Part shown: one piece after another, positions 1-8,696 of the stretch | Numbering within the stretch: position 1 is the stretch's first letter | Layout: each line of letters opens with the position of its first letter | Assembly: GCA_965262115.1 (NCBI GenBank) | Contig: OZ253496.1 | Location: 1,280,001 to 1,344,000, forward strand | DNA length: 64,000 bases | DNA from: Nitrospinales bacterium | Lineage (GTDB): Bacteria > Nitrospinota > Nitrospinia > Nitrospinales > VA-1 | Reading direction: 5' to 3' | Translations under genes and position numbers: made by a program | The notes under the pieces: model-generated | What the model was told of the DNA's origin: nothing | The model's database searches: none | What the model saw: only the letters and a program-made list of their open reading frames with translations

Positions 1-171
1 CTGATCATCAGCGTAACCGGAGGCAAAGGAGGGGGCGGAGCCCAACTGACTCCCGCCGGAGAAAAAGTCATCCAGCTTTATCGCAAAATGGAAAAAAAAG
101 CCGACACCGCCAGCCGCAACGAATGGAAAGCCTTGCAAAAACTCCTCCGGCGAACCGCTGGGGGTAGCTAG
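1..171 (+). CDS. ModE-family molybdenum regulator (winged helix), C-terminal part, truncated by window edge
   Basis: Frame 1 reads LIISVTGGKGGGGAQLTPAGEKVIQLYRKME..., typical GGxGGGGAxLTxxG ModE motif; TAG at 169-171. Confidence 0.75.
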   Translation: MIISVTGGKGGGGAQLTPAGEKVIQLYRKMEKKADTASRNEWKALQKLLRRTAGGS

Positions 172-174
172 CAA

Positions 175-236
175 CCACTTGGCGTGGGGCCAGTAGCCGT
201 GGTATTCTTCCTCAGCTTTCGTGCCCCGCAGGGATA
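175..236 (-). repeat. CCAC-N5-GTGG hairpin repeat (175-194) plus 39-bp micro-element copy (198-236)
   Basis: Reverse complement closely resembles 55846-55909. Confidence 0.85.
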
Positions 237-280
237 AATGGCCCATCAAGCCGAGACAAACCTCTTTCCACCTGCTCAAG

Positions 281-1213
281 CTAAGAGGTTCCTGAATCTC
301 CTCTTACTCTTTTCTTATTTCCCTTTTCTATTTTCACCCACTGCTTTACAAGGTTGGGTAGTCGTTCAACCACTTCATAACCAAATAAAACTTCATCAAC
401 ATATCCCATGTGAAGCATATCAATAATCCTACAGAGATATGATCTACCAGAAACCCACCAAGTGTAGTGAGAATCAACCATCAAATAGTGCAGGACTTTC
501 ACACCTTCGTTTTGGTAAAGCTCCTGTAGTTCCATCCCATCAAGCAAAGTCTCATAAACGCCGTCCGCAACCCTGCTACCAAATGTAGTTGTATAATAAT
601 ATTCTTTTATCTCCCAAACGGCATGTGGATTCACGATATTTGGGAAAGCACCGTCAAGACGCCTTGCAAGTGTTCTTAACGGAATCCCGCTTTGGGTAAT
701 CGTGGCTAATTTCATCGGGTCATAATCACAAGGCAATCCTTCTGCGTTTGCTTCGATCAGCATATTAATCATGCACGTAAAGAATGCTTTTGCTTTCTTT
801 TTTCCTCTCTGCTTATTCATCGGGAGAGGACAATTTGGTTTTAATTTTTTACGTAAACTCTCATATGTTTTTCTGGCTTTACAAGTTTTTGCTCCACGGG
901 CATTGAGTGTTTTACCTTCTTTGTTTTTTAGAAGAACCGCATCCATCAAACGTGGTTCAACGAAATTATTCAGCACATCTGCCCTATGTTTAAAATAACT
1001 CATAAGAGTCTTGGCTAAATCAGAAATGTTTCCATTTCCTTCAATCTTCTTTGGGTCTAGGTGCAGGTCGGCAAATGCTTCCTTTATTTCTTGAACTGAA
1101 GGCACTTTGATTGTACCTTCACCTCTAATGGAATACCCCGCTGTTTGGCTTACGCTTCTAACAGATGCCCAAAATGACTTATCAAGATCCAAAAACTTTT
1201 TATTTGGTTGCAT
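281..1213 (-). CDS. Putative type II restriction endonuclease (PD-(D/E)XK-like)
   Basis: 310 aa, LDGAFP...VWEIKEY motif; downstream of an XRE gene and divergent from an adenine MTase; AT-rich. Confidence 0.65.
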   Translation of the reverse strand: MQPNKKFLDLDKSFWASVRSVSQTAGYSIRGEGTIKVPSVQEIKEAFADLHLDPKKIEGNGNISDLAKTLMSYFKHRADVLNNFVEPRLMDAVLLKNKEGKTLNARGAKTCKARKTYESLRKKLKPNCPLPMNKQRGKKKAKAFFTCMINMLIEANAEGLPCDYDPMKLATITQSGIPLRTLARRLDGAFPNIVNPHAVWEIKEYYYTTTFGSRVADGVYETLLDGMELQELYQNEGVKVLHYLMVDSHYTWWVSGRSYLCRIIDMLHMGYVDEVLFGYEVVERLPNLVKQWVKIEKGNKKRVRGDSGTS

Positions 1214-1215
1214 TT

Positions 1216-1449
1216 TTACGCATCCTCATATTGTTTGATGAATTTTAAAAAGGATACATTCAAGGCACGACAGACCTCTTCAACCTCAACAAAGTCAAGG
1301 GTCTTCTCTCCAGATTCGTATTTACTAACGAAGGATTGTGGTCTTTCAAGTTTTTTTGCCAGATCAGTTTGGCGAATACCAGACTTTTCCCTGATATCAC
1401 GCAGAAGTTGCCTTAATTTGGCTCCCTTGATTTCTGTGTTGTTTCTCAT
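1216..1449 (-). CDS. XRE-family HTH protein, probable R-M controller (C protein)
   Basis: IRQTDLAKKLERPQSFVSKYESGEKTLD helix-turn-helix; ATG at 1449 preferred over the 1539 ORF start. Confidence 0.8.
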   Translation of the reverse strand: MRNNTEIKGAKLRQLLRDIREKSGIRQTDLAKKLERPQSFVSKYESGEKTLDFVEVEEVCRALNVSFLKFIKQYEDA

Positions 1450-1475
1450 GAGGGAGTTATATATCTGATTGCCAA

Positions 1476-1494
1476 ATATCCCAAAATAGAATAT
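1476..1494. promoter_or_regulatory. Possible controller operator (imperfect palindrome ATATCCC-AAAAT-AGAATAT)
   Basis: Imperfect inverted repeat in the short divergent intergenic region between C gene and MTase. Confidence 0.3.
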
Positions 1495-1531
1495 AGTTAA
1501 ATAAAAACATAGCTGTTGTGAGGAAGAACAT

Positions 1532-2422
1532 TTGCCCATAATTCAACAATCGCTCTTTGATGAGATACCCCATGTTGACGTTCAACCATTCAGAACTCAG
1601 TTATTGAAATGGATTGGAAACAAACAAAGATTTGCCAATGAAATTGTGGGCGCATTTCCATTAGCGTACAACCGCTATTTTGAACCCTTTTTGGGTAGTG
1701 GTGGCGTTCTTGCTACCCTTGCGCCAAAAAATGCATTGGCATCAGATGCTTTTCCACCACTGATGGAAATTTGGTTAGCTCTAAAAAATAACCCAGAAAA
1801 ACTAAAGCAATGGTACGAAGAGAGGTGGAAAATTGCCCACGGAGAATCAAAAAGAGAAGGGTATGAAAGCATTAAGGCCTCGTTTAATAAACAACCAAAT
1901 GGTGCTGATTTCTTATTTCTATGCCGATCCTGCTACGGAGGGGTCGTAAGATTCCGAAAAGAAGATGGACACATGTCAACCCCGTGTGGAGTCCATGAGC
2001 CTATTAAACCATCTAGCTTTAAGCATCGGGTTGATTTGTGGCATTCGAGGTTAAAACACGCAGATTTTTGCTTGCTTGACTATAAATATGCCATGAACAA
2101 AGCGAAGGAAGGCGATTTGATTTATTGTGACCCTCCATATGTGCACAGTCAGGATATTATTTATGGTGGGCAAAATTTTAAACTTCAAGAGCTACTTGAA
2201 ACGATAAATGACTGTAAAGCGAGAGGAGTATTTGTTGTGCTTAGTATTGACGGGACAAAAAAATCTGGGGAATATTTATGCGACCTCCAAATTCCGGATG
2301 GTTTATTTGAGAAAGAAATATGCGTGAATGTTGGAAAATCCATGCTTAAAAGGTTTCAAATGGAAGGACAAATATTAGAAAGTGAAAACGTAACTGACAG
2401 ATTGTTATTGACTTACTCTTGA
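1532..2422 (+). CDS. Dam/D12-class N6-adenine DNA methyltransferase
   Basis: LKWIGNKQ, YFEPFLGSG (SAM binding), IYCDPPY (catalytic); TTG start. Confidence 0.9.
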   Translation: MPIIQQSLFDEIPHVDVQPFRTQLLKWIGNKQRFANEIVGAFPLAYNRYFEPFLGSGGVLATLAPKNALASDAFPPLMEIWLALKNNPEKLKQWYEERWKIAHGESKREGYESIKASFNKQPNGADFLFLCRSCYGGVVRFRKEDGHMSTPCGVHEPIKPSSFKHRVDLWHSRLKHADFCLLDYKYAMNKAKEGDLIYCDPPYVHSQDIIYGGQNFKLQELLETINDCKARGVFVVLSIDGTKKSGEYLCDLQIPDGLFEKEICVNVGKSMLKRFQMEGQILESENVTDRLLLTYS

Positions 2423-2483
2423 AAGGGCTTAAGCTCAAAACGACTCTATCCAGCCGAGACAGCTCTTTACTCGCCTATGAAAG

Positions 2484-3614
2484 TTATTGCTCATTGCCAC
2501 CGGTCGCTGGCCGGGAGGCGACAATTTCTAGTCCCACAAATTTTATCGACAAATTTTCTCCGGGAAACTGGCTGTAGGCGTCGGTTTCATCTTCATATTC
2601 GTGAAAATCAAAATGTGAAACGTCAAAACCGATTTTCCGGACATCCTGAATCAAGGTCTCGCAAAACTTCTCTTCTATCTCCACCAGTGTTTCAAAATAA
2701 CCGCGGGTCAGTTTGTTTCGGTACTCCAGGTCACCAGCACGTTTTAAAATCTGGTATTCCAGGTCAGTATCCAGAATCATCAGGAAGCCTCCCGGCTCCA
2801 GCGCTTCTGTAGCCCAACGCAGAAACTGCTGACGCTCTGTTCTTTGCAAATGATGCAGAAACTTGTTGGCGAGAATACAGCCATAGTGTTTACCGACCGG
2901 CCCGCCGGGAAAATCAACATTCAGGACTTCTATGTTCTCCTTGCCCGAAAGTTTTACAAAATGGGTCAGCCCTTTAATAATAAAAGGCATGTTGTCTGCC
3001 AGAATCAATCGGGGGAAGTCTTTCGGCCAGTCATGGATCAAGCGGAATCCCGCAAGCCCCGTCGCCACATCCATCAGCGGAGCTTTCAGGTCATGCGGCA
3101 CCCGTTCCATCGGATTGTCCCAAGGGAAGTTCTCGGTCTGGTGCAGATAAAAGCTGTAGCTTTCACTAAGCAGGGTGACCCATTCCGGATCATTATAAAG
3201 AATCGGGTCTTTTTTAATCAGGCTGACCAGTTCATAGAAAAGGCTGGAAAACTTTTCATCCACCTGCTCCAGCGGTTGAGATAAAGAAGTGCGGTCCTTG
3301 CGAAGGTTGATGTGGATGTGGTCAAGGTTTAGAAAAACTGCCGGGCGCTCATGCTGGACATATAACAAGTCTGCAAGATCGATCAATATTTCAGGATAAA
3401 CCATACAGAGAAACAGATTAAAAACTTCCTGGTTTTTCCTACCTGGCACGGTGTCCGGGAAGCCCAGCTTGCCATTCAAAAGCTTGAAAACGGTTTGCAC
3501 TCGATGTGCCAGTTCCGGGGACTTGGTATCCTCCAGTCCGAGAAACTTTCGCCCCACATCAGTGACCAGAGGAAGTTGGTCGGTGGATTTTATAAATATT
3601 GAAGGGGAAGACAT
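2484..3614 (-). CDS. Class I SAM-dependent methyltransferase domain protein
   Basis: MDVATGLAG, NKFLHHL, ALEPGGFLMILD motifs; start set at ATG 3614 because the longer ORF starts inside a repeat. Confidence 0.65.
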   Translation of the reverse strand: MSSPSIFIKSTDQLPLVTDVGRKFLGLEDTKSPELAHRVQTVFKLLNGKLGFPDTVPGRKNQEVFNLFLCMVYPEILIDLADLLYVQHERPAVFLNLDHIHINLRKDRTSLSQPLEQVDEKFSSLFYELVSLIKKDPILYNDPEWVTLLSESYSFYLHQTENFPWDNPMERVPHDLKAPLMDVATGLAGFRLIHDWPKDFPRLILADNMPFIIKGLTHFVKLSGKENIEVLNVDFPGGPVGKHYGCILANKFLHHLQRTERQQFLRWATEALEPGGFLMILDTDLEYQILKRAGDLEYRNKLTRGYFETLVEIEEKFCETLIQDVRKIGFDVSHFDFHEYEDETDAYSQFPGENLSIKFVGLEIVASRPATGGNEQ

Positions 3615-3654
3615 ATAAAAGGTGCCTGAATAATTCGATATTTTATTTTGAGCA

Positions 3655-4070
3655 GGCGGAGTACCTCCGCGGGTAACTGGCAATGGTTTTTTTACCCCTA
3701 CGGGGCACGAAAACTGAGGAAATACCCGTGCCGGGCATGAAGGCTAATGTTGGGGATATTACAAATATCACGACTGCTAGCAACGACATCCTCGGCCTAA
3801 AAGGCTGCTGCCCCATTCCCCACCGGGCGTGGGCGGAGTACCTCCGCTGGCGAGTTGCACTATCCTCACCTTATGGGCAAACGCTCTCTCGGCCCAACGA
3901 GCTATAGCTATCGGCCTCCCTCGTAGAGGGCAGATTACCTCTGCGGGTAACTAGCAATGGTTTTTTTACCCCTACGGGGCACGAAAACTGAGGAAGAATA
4001 TCACGACTGCTAGCAACCGTTCCTCTCGGCTCAACGGGTTCTTGCTCATTGCCTCCACGGCTAGTGAGGG
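3655..4070. repeat. Composite repeat block with three micro-element copies (3693-3772 containing 3723-3763; 3967-4005) and GCGGAG-NAC-CTCCGC hairpins
   Basis: Segment 3664-3782 is repeated at 3938-4017, apart from a 41-bp insertion and a few substitutions. Confidence 0.85.
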
Positions 4071-4071
4071 T

Positions 4072-4503
4072 TCAGGGCCAATTCCACCCTGCCCGTCCGA
4101 GTAAATAAAACGTGACCAGAAGGCAAGGCAGCAAATACGGCACCGCCTGAAAGGTGCTTACGCCCATCAGGGAATAAGCCGAAAATATGGATCGGGCTCC
4201 ATAAATAACAGCCAGAACCTGGGCCAGTCTTTTCTTTCCTTTCAGCAGGTAATAGGTCAGCACACCCATAAGAAGTAAAAAAGCGACCAGTGAAAGGACC
4301 GCCGACAACCCCAGGTTGAAGGGGGGAATAAACATCATGGCGATAGCAAGATAAGCTACATTCAAGACAAGAAACCCATATCCGGCCTGGGTGAACTTCC
4401 GGGTTCTGTCTTCAAGATTTTTTAGCGGAGAACCTCCGCTCACAACCACTCCTCCTGGCATAACAGGTTCTTGCCCGGTGGATTGAAAGTCTTCGTTTTC
4501 CAT
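4072..4503 (-). CDS. Hypothetical membrane protein (about 4 TM)
   Basis: Hydrophobic segments; ATG at 4503. Confidence 0.6.
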   Translation of the reverse strand: MENEDFQSTGQEPVMPGGVVVSGGSPLKNLEDRTRKFTQAGYGFLVLNVAYLAIAMMFIPPFNLGLSAVLSLVAFLLLMGVLTYYLLKGKKRLAQVLAVIYGARSIFSAYSLMGVSTFQAVPYLLPCLLVTFYLLGRAGWNWP

Positions 4504-4619
4504 TTTCAATGTAAGATAAAAGGGAGCAACCACCTCGGCAGTTGCAGATTCATTGACGGTATGTTATCCCTGCTCTCAGTCTATCACTAAACTATTGCCA
4601 ACTGCCTTCTCTAAAAAAC

Positions 4620-5819
4620 ATGCTTCCTGTCGACAAACAACTTCAAACCATTGGCAGAGGCACCTCGGAGATCATCGACGAAAAGGATCTCGCCAAACTG
4701 CTGGCCTCTGGGAAACCCATCAAGGTGAAAGCCGGGTTTGATCCCACGGCTCCCGACCTGCATCTTGGGCATACAGTTCTTCTGCACAAGATGAGGCAGT
4801 TTCAGGAATTGGGCCACGAAGTCATATTTTTGATCGGTGACTTTACCGGGATGATCGGCGACCCGACCGGCCGTTCTGAGACCCGTAAAAACCTGACACC
4901 TCAGGAAGTCCAGGAAAACGCAAAAACTTATCTCGCGCAAGTATATAAAATCCTGGACCCTAAAAAAACCACAGTGGCCTATAACAGCGAATGGATGAAC
5001 AAGTTCACCTCGGTGAACATGATCGAATTGGCGGCGCATTATACCGTTGCCCGAATGCTGGAACGCGATGACTTTCAAAAACGTCTCGCTAAAAATCTAC
5101 CGGTTTCGATTCACGAGTTGATGTATCCCCTGATCCAGGGCTACGACTCGGTGGCTTTGAAAGCTGATGTGGAATTGGGCGGCACCGACCAGAAATTCAA
5201 CCTCCTTGTTGGCCGGGACCTCCAGCGGGCCTACGGGCAAAAACCTCAGGTTGTTCTCACCATGCCTCTTCTGGAAGGAACCAATGGGGTTCAAAAAATG
5301 AGCAAGAGCCTGGGCAACAGCATCGGCGTCTTCGATCCCCCGAACGAGATGTTCGGAAAAATCATGTCCATCTCGGATGAATTGATGTGGCGTTACTACG
5401 AGTTGTTAAGCCAGGTCAGCGCTCAGGAACTGGAAGGCATGCAGAAAGAGGCCGAGTCGGGAACCCTGAACCCCAAAAACGCCAAGATGAATCTGGCAAA
5501 AGAAATCGTCGCGCGATACCATTCTCCCGAACTCGCGGAAACGGCCTTGGCTGAATTTGAAAATGTATTCAAGAAAAAGAACCTGCCCGAGGACATCCCG
5601 GTAGCAAAAGGTTGGGGGGAGGAGTTGCGAGGTATTTGCAATATCCTAAAAGACCACAAAATAACCGACAGCACTTCAGCAGCTCGCCGTCTGATCCAGC
5701 AGGGGTCTGTAACGGTAAATGGAGAAAAAATTTCCGACGTCAATCAGGAACTGCCTGGGAACAAAGAATATCTCATCAAAGTCGGCAAGAAACGGTTCCT
5801 GAAAATTCAACCTGGATGA
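4620..5819 (+). CDS. tyrS: Tyrosine--tRNA ligase
   Basis: [13 protein letters not shown] (HIGH), KMSKS, C-terminal S4 domain. Confidence 0.97.
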   Translation: MLPVDKQLQTIGRGTSEIIDEKDLAKLLASGKPIKVKAGFDPTAPDLHLGHTVLLHKMRQFQELGHEVIFLIGDFTGMIGDPTGRSETRKNLTPQEVQENAKTYLAQVYKILDPKKTTVAYNSEWMNKFTSVNMIELAAHYTVARMLERDDFQKRLAKNLPVSIHELMYPLIQGYDSVALKADVELGGTDQKFNLLVGRDLQRAYGQKPQVVLTMPLLEGTNGVQKMSKSLGNSIGVFDPPNEMFGKIMSISDELMWRYYELLSQVSAQELEGMQKEAESGTLNPKNAKMNLAKEIVARYHSPELAETALAEFENVFKKKNLPEDIPVAKGWGEELRGICNILKDHKITDSTSAARRLIQQGSVTVNGEKISDVNQELPGNKEYLIKVGKKRFLKIQPG

Positions 5820-6847
5820 TGAGAACGTTTGAACCGAATCGGGTCGCCGATTTCCATACCCCTCTCGCTTTTCACAATGATCGCCGTCGCAGTTTTCTTT
5901 TGCGTGTCGATGACCTTTATCTCTCCATGTACGAACGGTAGCATAGGTGTCTTCTTCGGATTTAACCTGTACCAGATATCTTCCTCAACTTGAGGAATGG
6001 TATAAACCTCAAAATGATCGCCGGGCCGCACCTGGTCATCCCAGCCTTTGTCGATGTATATAATGTCATCATACTTGATACCTATCACGTCGCCCCTGGA
6101 CGCAATAACATAACCCTCGATGGATTTGTCTGTCTGTGGGAACGCGGAAGTCTGGTCTTCAAATTTTTTATAGGGCATGAGCAGGTGCCCGACCCTAATA
6201 CTGTCATACGCTTTCACCACGCGGGCATAAGAAACCTTGTCGCCCGGCTCTGTAATTTCAAGCACTCCACGAATCATGACCCGATGTCCTACAGGTTTTC
6301 CAGGATGAGGCACAAGCCTGGTTACAAAGCCGTTTCGCCGCGTATGCTCTTCCAGTTTCTCAAACCCGTGCCCTGGTAGCACGGGGTGATAGATATAACG
6401 GTCCAGCGTATAGACCGTGAACCGGTCGCCTTTTTCTACTCCCTGGCGCTTACCGATATCCACAAAGACCAAGTCGGGTTCAAGCGCTGCCAGCTTCAAT
6501 TCAAACAGTTTTGTAACGGTGCCCACCGGAGTCGAGTCCGGCACAATAAATCCGGCACTAGCATATTTTCTTTCTGCCGTAATTTGTTTTTGGGCATAAT
6601 ATTCGGGGCTCTTCTCTTTGGAGTGGCTTTTGAAATTGGCATAATGGCCGGTGTTTGCCATCTCTGTATTTCCATTTTCCAGAAGCATACCTTTTTTGGA
6701 GGGAAGAATCTCCATACTCGGAGTGACCCCGGCCACTTCATTTTCAAAAGTGATCTTTAAACCATTTCCCCATGCCGACTGGGCCACAAACGCACCCGCA
6801 TACAAAATCGAAATAAGCAAAAACCCCAATGAAATTAGCGTCTTCAT
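5807..6847 (-). CDS. Exported hypothetical protein with two FlgT-C-like beta-barrel repeats
   Basis: N-terminal signal peptide; repeated V(F/Y)(V/I)DxGxxxxVxxGDxFxVY motif. Confidence 0.55.
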   Translation of the reverse strand: MKTLISLGFLLISILYAGAFVAQSAWGNGLKITFENEVAGVTPSMEILPSKKGMLLENGNTEMANTGHYANFKSHSKEKSPEYYAQKQITAERKYASAGFIVPDSTPVGTVTKLFELKLAALEPDLVFVDIGKRQGVEKGDRFTVYTLDRYIYHPVLPGHGFEKLEEHTRRNGFVTRLVPHPGKPVGHRVMIRGVLEITEPGDKVSYARVVKAYDSIRVGHLLMPYKKFEDQTSAFPQTDKSIEGYVIASRGDVIGIKYDDIIYIDKGWDDQVRPGDHFEVYTIPQVEEDIWYRLNPKKTPMLPFVHGEIKVIDTQKKTATAIIVKSERGMEIGDPIRFKRSHHPG

Positions 6848-7157
6848 AAAATAACCCCATCAAAAGTTAGACCGAAGCAAAGACCCGGTATACGCAAAAG
6901 CCTTTAGCCATAAGGATGCCTCCACCCGCATTACCCACCCGGTTCGAGCAATCAGAAATCAAGTTACTAGTTGAATATAAATATGTTACACCATTTTATG
7001 CCAAAATCTCAGGTTTTTTTAGGTGAACCTCGCTAAAAGCGGAGAGAGCCTCCACTGGCGCGATATTCTTCCTCATCTGTGAAGTCCTCTTCCTCAAACT
7101 TCAGCCCGAGCATGGGCCCCCACCAATCGAGCCCTTACTATCTGCCTCCCACGGAAG

Positions 7158-7487
7158 GAGACCTTTGCATAAGTCGAAAAAAACAGAAAAGCGAGATTAC
7201 CCGTTCTGGGCACGAAAGCTTAAGTGAAACATCACGTCTTCACTGCGTTAAGAATGACAATTACCCTCTCCTGTCATCGCGAGCGACTGGAAAGGAGCGT
7301 GGCGATCCAGGTTCTGGATTGCTTCACTACGTTCGCAATGACGATACAAGGCTGTTTTGTCATTCTGAGGAAAAGGTGACGAAGACGTGAGATTTTTCCT
7401 TAACCTTCGTGAGCCTGTGATATCCCCTCCGCTAAATTCATGCCCGGAACGGGTAGAAGGGGTAATCCCAGGTTATGCAAAGCTCTC
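7158..7487. mobile_element. MITE, 330 bp, with nested repeats
   Basis: Ends GAGACCTTTGCATAA / TTATGCAAAGCTCTC; 9-bp direct repeat CCACGGAAG at 7149-7157 and 7488-7496. Confidence 0.85.
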
Positions 7488-7525
7488 CCACGGAAGTGGA
7501 GAGATTAGCCCGTAGGGATTATCCC

Positions 7526-7554
7526 TTGACATGGGCTCTCGCCGGTGAAATAAT
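7526..7554 (+). promoter_or_regulatory. Sigma70-type promoter of the rpmH operon
   Basis: TTGACA-17 nt-AATAAT, with TG at the extended -10 position. Confidence 0.6.
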
Positions 7555-7566
7555 CCTCCAAACCTT

Positions 7567-7600
7567 CCCGTATTACCCCCGGTCCCGTATTACCCCCGGT
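7567..7600. repeat. 17-bp perfect tandem duplication CCCGTATTACCCCCGGT
   Basis: Two adjacent identical copies. Confidence 0.9.
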
Positions 7601-7676
7601 TGTCTAAGCATCTGATTAGGTGAGAGTAAGGCGGGATTTTTTGCATTTTGCAGGATTATTTTTTTAGGATAGCTTT

Positions 7677-7811
7677 ATGAAAAGGACTTTTCAACCCAGT
7701 AATATTAAACGAAAACGTGTGCACGGTTTCCGCAAACGAAGTTCTACCGTTGGCGGAAGACGCGTGTTGGCAAACCGCAGGCGCAAAGGCAGAAAACGCT
7801 TGACGGTCTAA
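7677..7811 (+). CDS. rpmH: 50S ribosomal protein L34 (not in ORF track)
   Basis: [44 protein letters not shown]. Confidence 0.97.
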   Translation: MKRTFQPSNIKRKRVHGFRKRSSTVGGRRVLANRRRKGRKRLTV

Positions 7812-7835
7812 ATTTTGGCGGCAAAGAGGTATGAT

Positions 7836-8068
7836 GGGCCATGTTCGTCGGCCCCACGCCGAGTGGGTGGAGAACCTCCGCTGGTAATGAACAATCTCTT
7901 TATTTTGCGGACGAAGAGTTTTGGTCGCTTGACGGGCCATTGCTCTCTGGCTCCACGCCGAGTGGGCGGAGAACCTCCGCTGGTAATGAACAATCTCTTT
8001 ATTTTGCGGACAAAGAGTTTTGGTCGCTTGACGGGCCATTGCTCTCTGGCTCCACGCCGAGTGGGTGG
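7836..8068. repeat. 99-bp tandem repeat, about 2.3 copies, between rpmH and rnpA
   Basis: CCACGCCGAGTGGG recurs at 7854, 7953 and 8052. Confidence 0.95.
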
Positions 8069-8413
8069 ATGAAAAATTTCTCTTTCAAAAAAAAAGAACG
8101 ACTGGCCAAACGGCCCGAGTTTGACAAGGTCATGGCGGAAGGGGGGAAAAAGCGGGTGGGGAAATTATGCATTATCTTTTCCCTCCCAAATAAATTGGGC
8201 AGAAAGAGGCTGGGAATCATCGCCTCGAAAAAGGTCGGAAACGCAGTGGCCCGAAACCGGGTGAAACGAAGAATCAGGGAAACTTTTCGCCAAATCAAAC
8301 ACCGCATAAAGCCCACTTTGGATATCGTTGTTATATCAGGGAAGGACATGGTCACACTTCCCTACCAAGTGATTGAAAAAGAACTTTCAAACGCCCTTCT
8401 AACTGAAAGGTGA
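8069..8413 (+). CDS. rnpA: Ribonuclease P protein component
   Basis: KKERL, RLGIIASKKVGNAVARNRVKRRIRE (RNR motif); ATG 8069. Confidence 0.93.
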   Translation: MKNFSFKKKERLAKRPEFDKVMAEGGKKRVGKLCIIFSLPNKLGRKRLGIIASKKVGNAVARNRVKRRIRETFRQIKHRIKPTLDIVVISGKDMVTLPYQVIEKELSNALLTER

Positions 8414-8453
8414 ATTCCTAAACCGGATCAAATGCTAGAGTCATCCGACCTCC

Positions 8454-8666
8454 ATGTTAAACCAGATATTCCTTAAATTAGTACGCGTTTATCAACGGTG
8501 GATTTCTCCCCTGTTTTTTCCGGCTTGCCGGTTTTATCCCAGTTGCTCAGAATATGCCGCCCAGGCTTTAAAGCGCTACTCCCTGGTTAAAGCAGCAGGA
8601 CTGATCCTCAACAGACTTTTAAAATGCCACCCCTATCACGACGGTGGGGCTGACCCGTTAAAATAG
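8454..8666 (+). CDS. yidD: Membrane protein insertion efficiency factor
   Basis: YQRWISP..CRFYPSCSEY..CHP..GG.DP; synteny. Confidence 0.93.
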   Translation: MLNQIFLKLVRVYQRWISPLFFPACRFYPSCSEYAAQALKRYSLVKAAGLILNRLLKCHPYHDGGADPLK

Positions 8667-8696
8667 GGCTGAACAGCCTGGAATCGGAGATTCGAC

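Noticed and set aside
3691..4005. CRISPR array, since TACCCCTACGGGGCACGAAAAC resembles the 3' half of some CRISPR repeats
   Set aside because: Copies are dispersed, nested and on both strands, with no regular unique spacers and no cas genes
6860..6960. c-di-GMP-I riboswitch (GCAAA...ACGCAAA)
   Set aside because: The motif is on the strand opposite the adjacent gene and lacks the expected stems
7836..8068. CRISPR array between rpmH and rnpA
   Set aside because: The sequence between hairpins is also duplicated, so it is a tandem repeat
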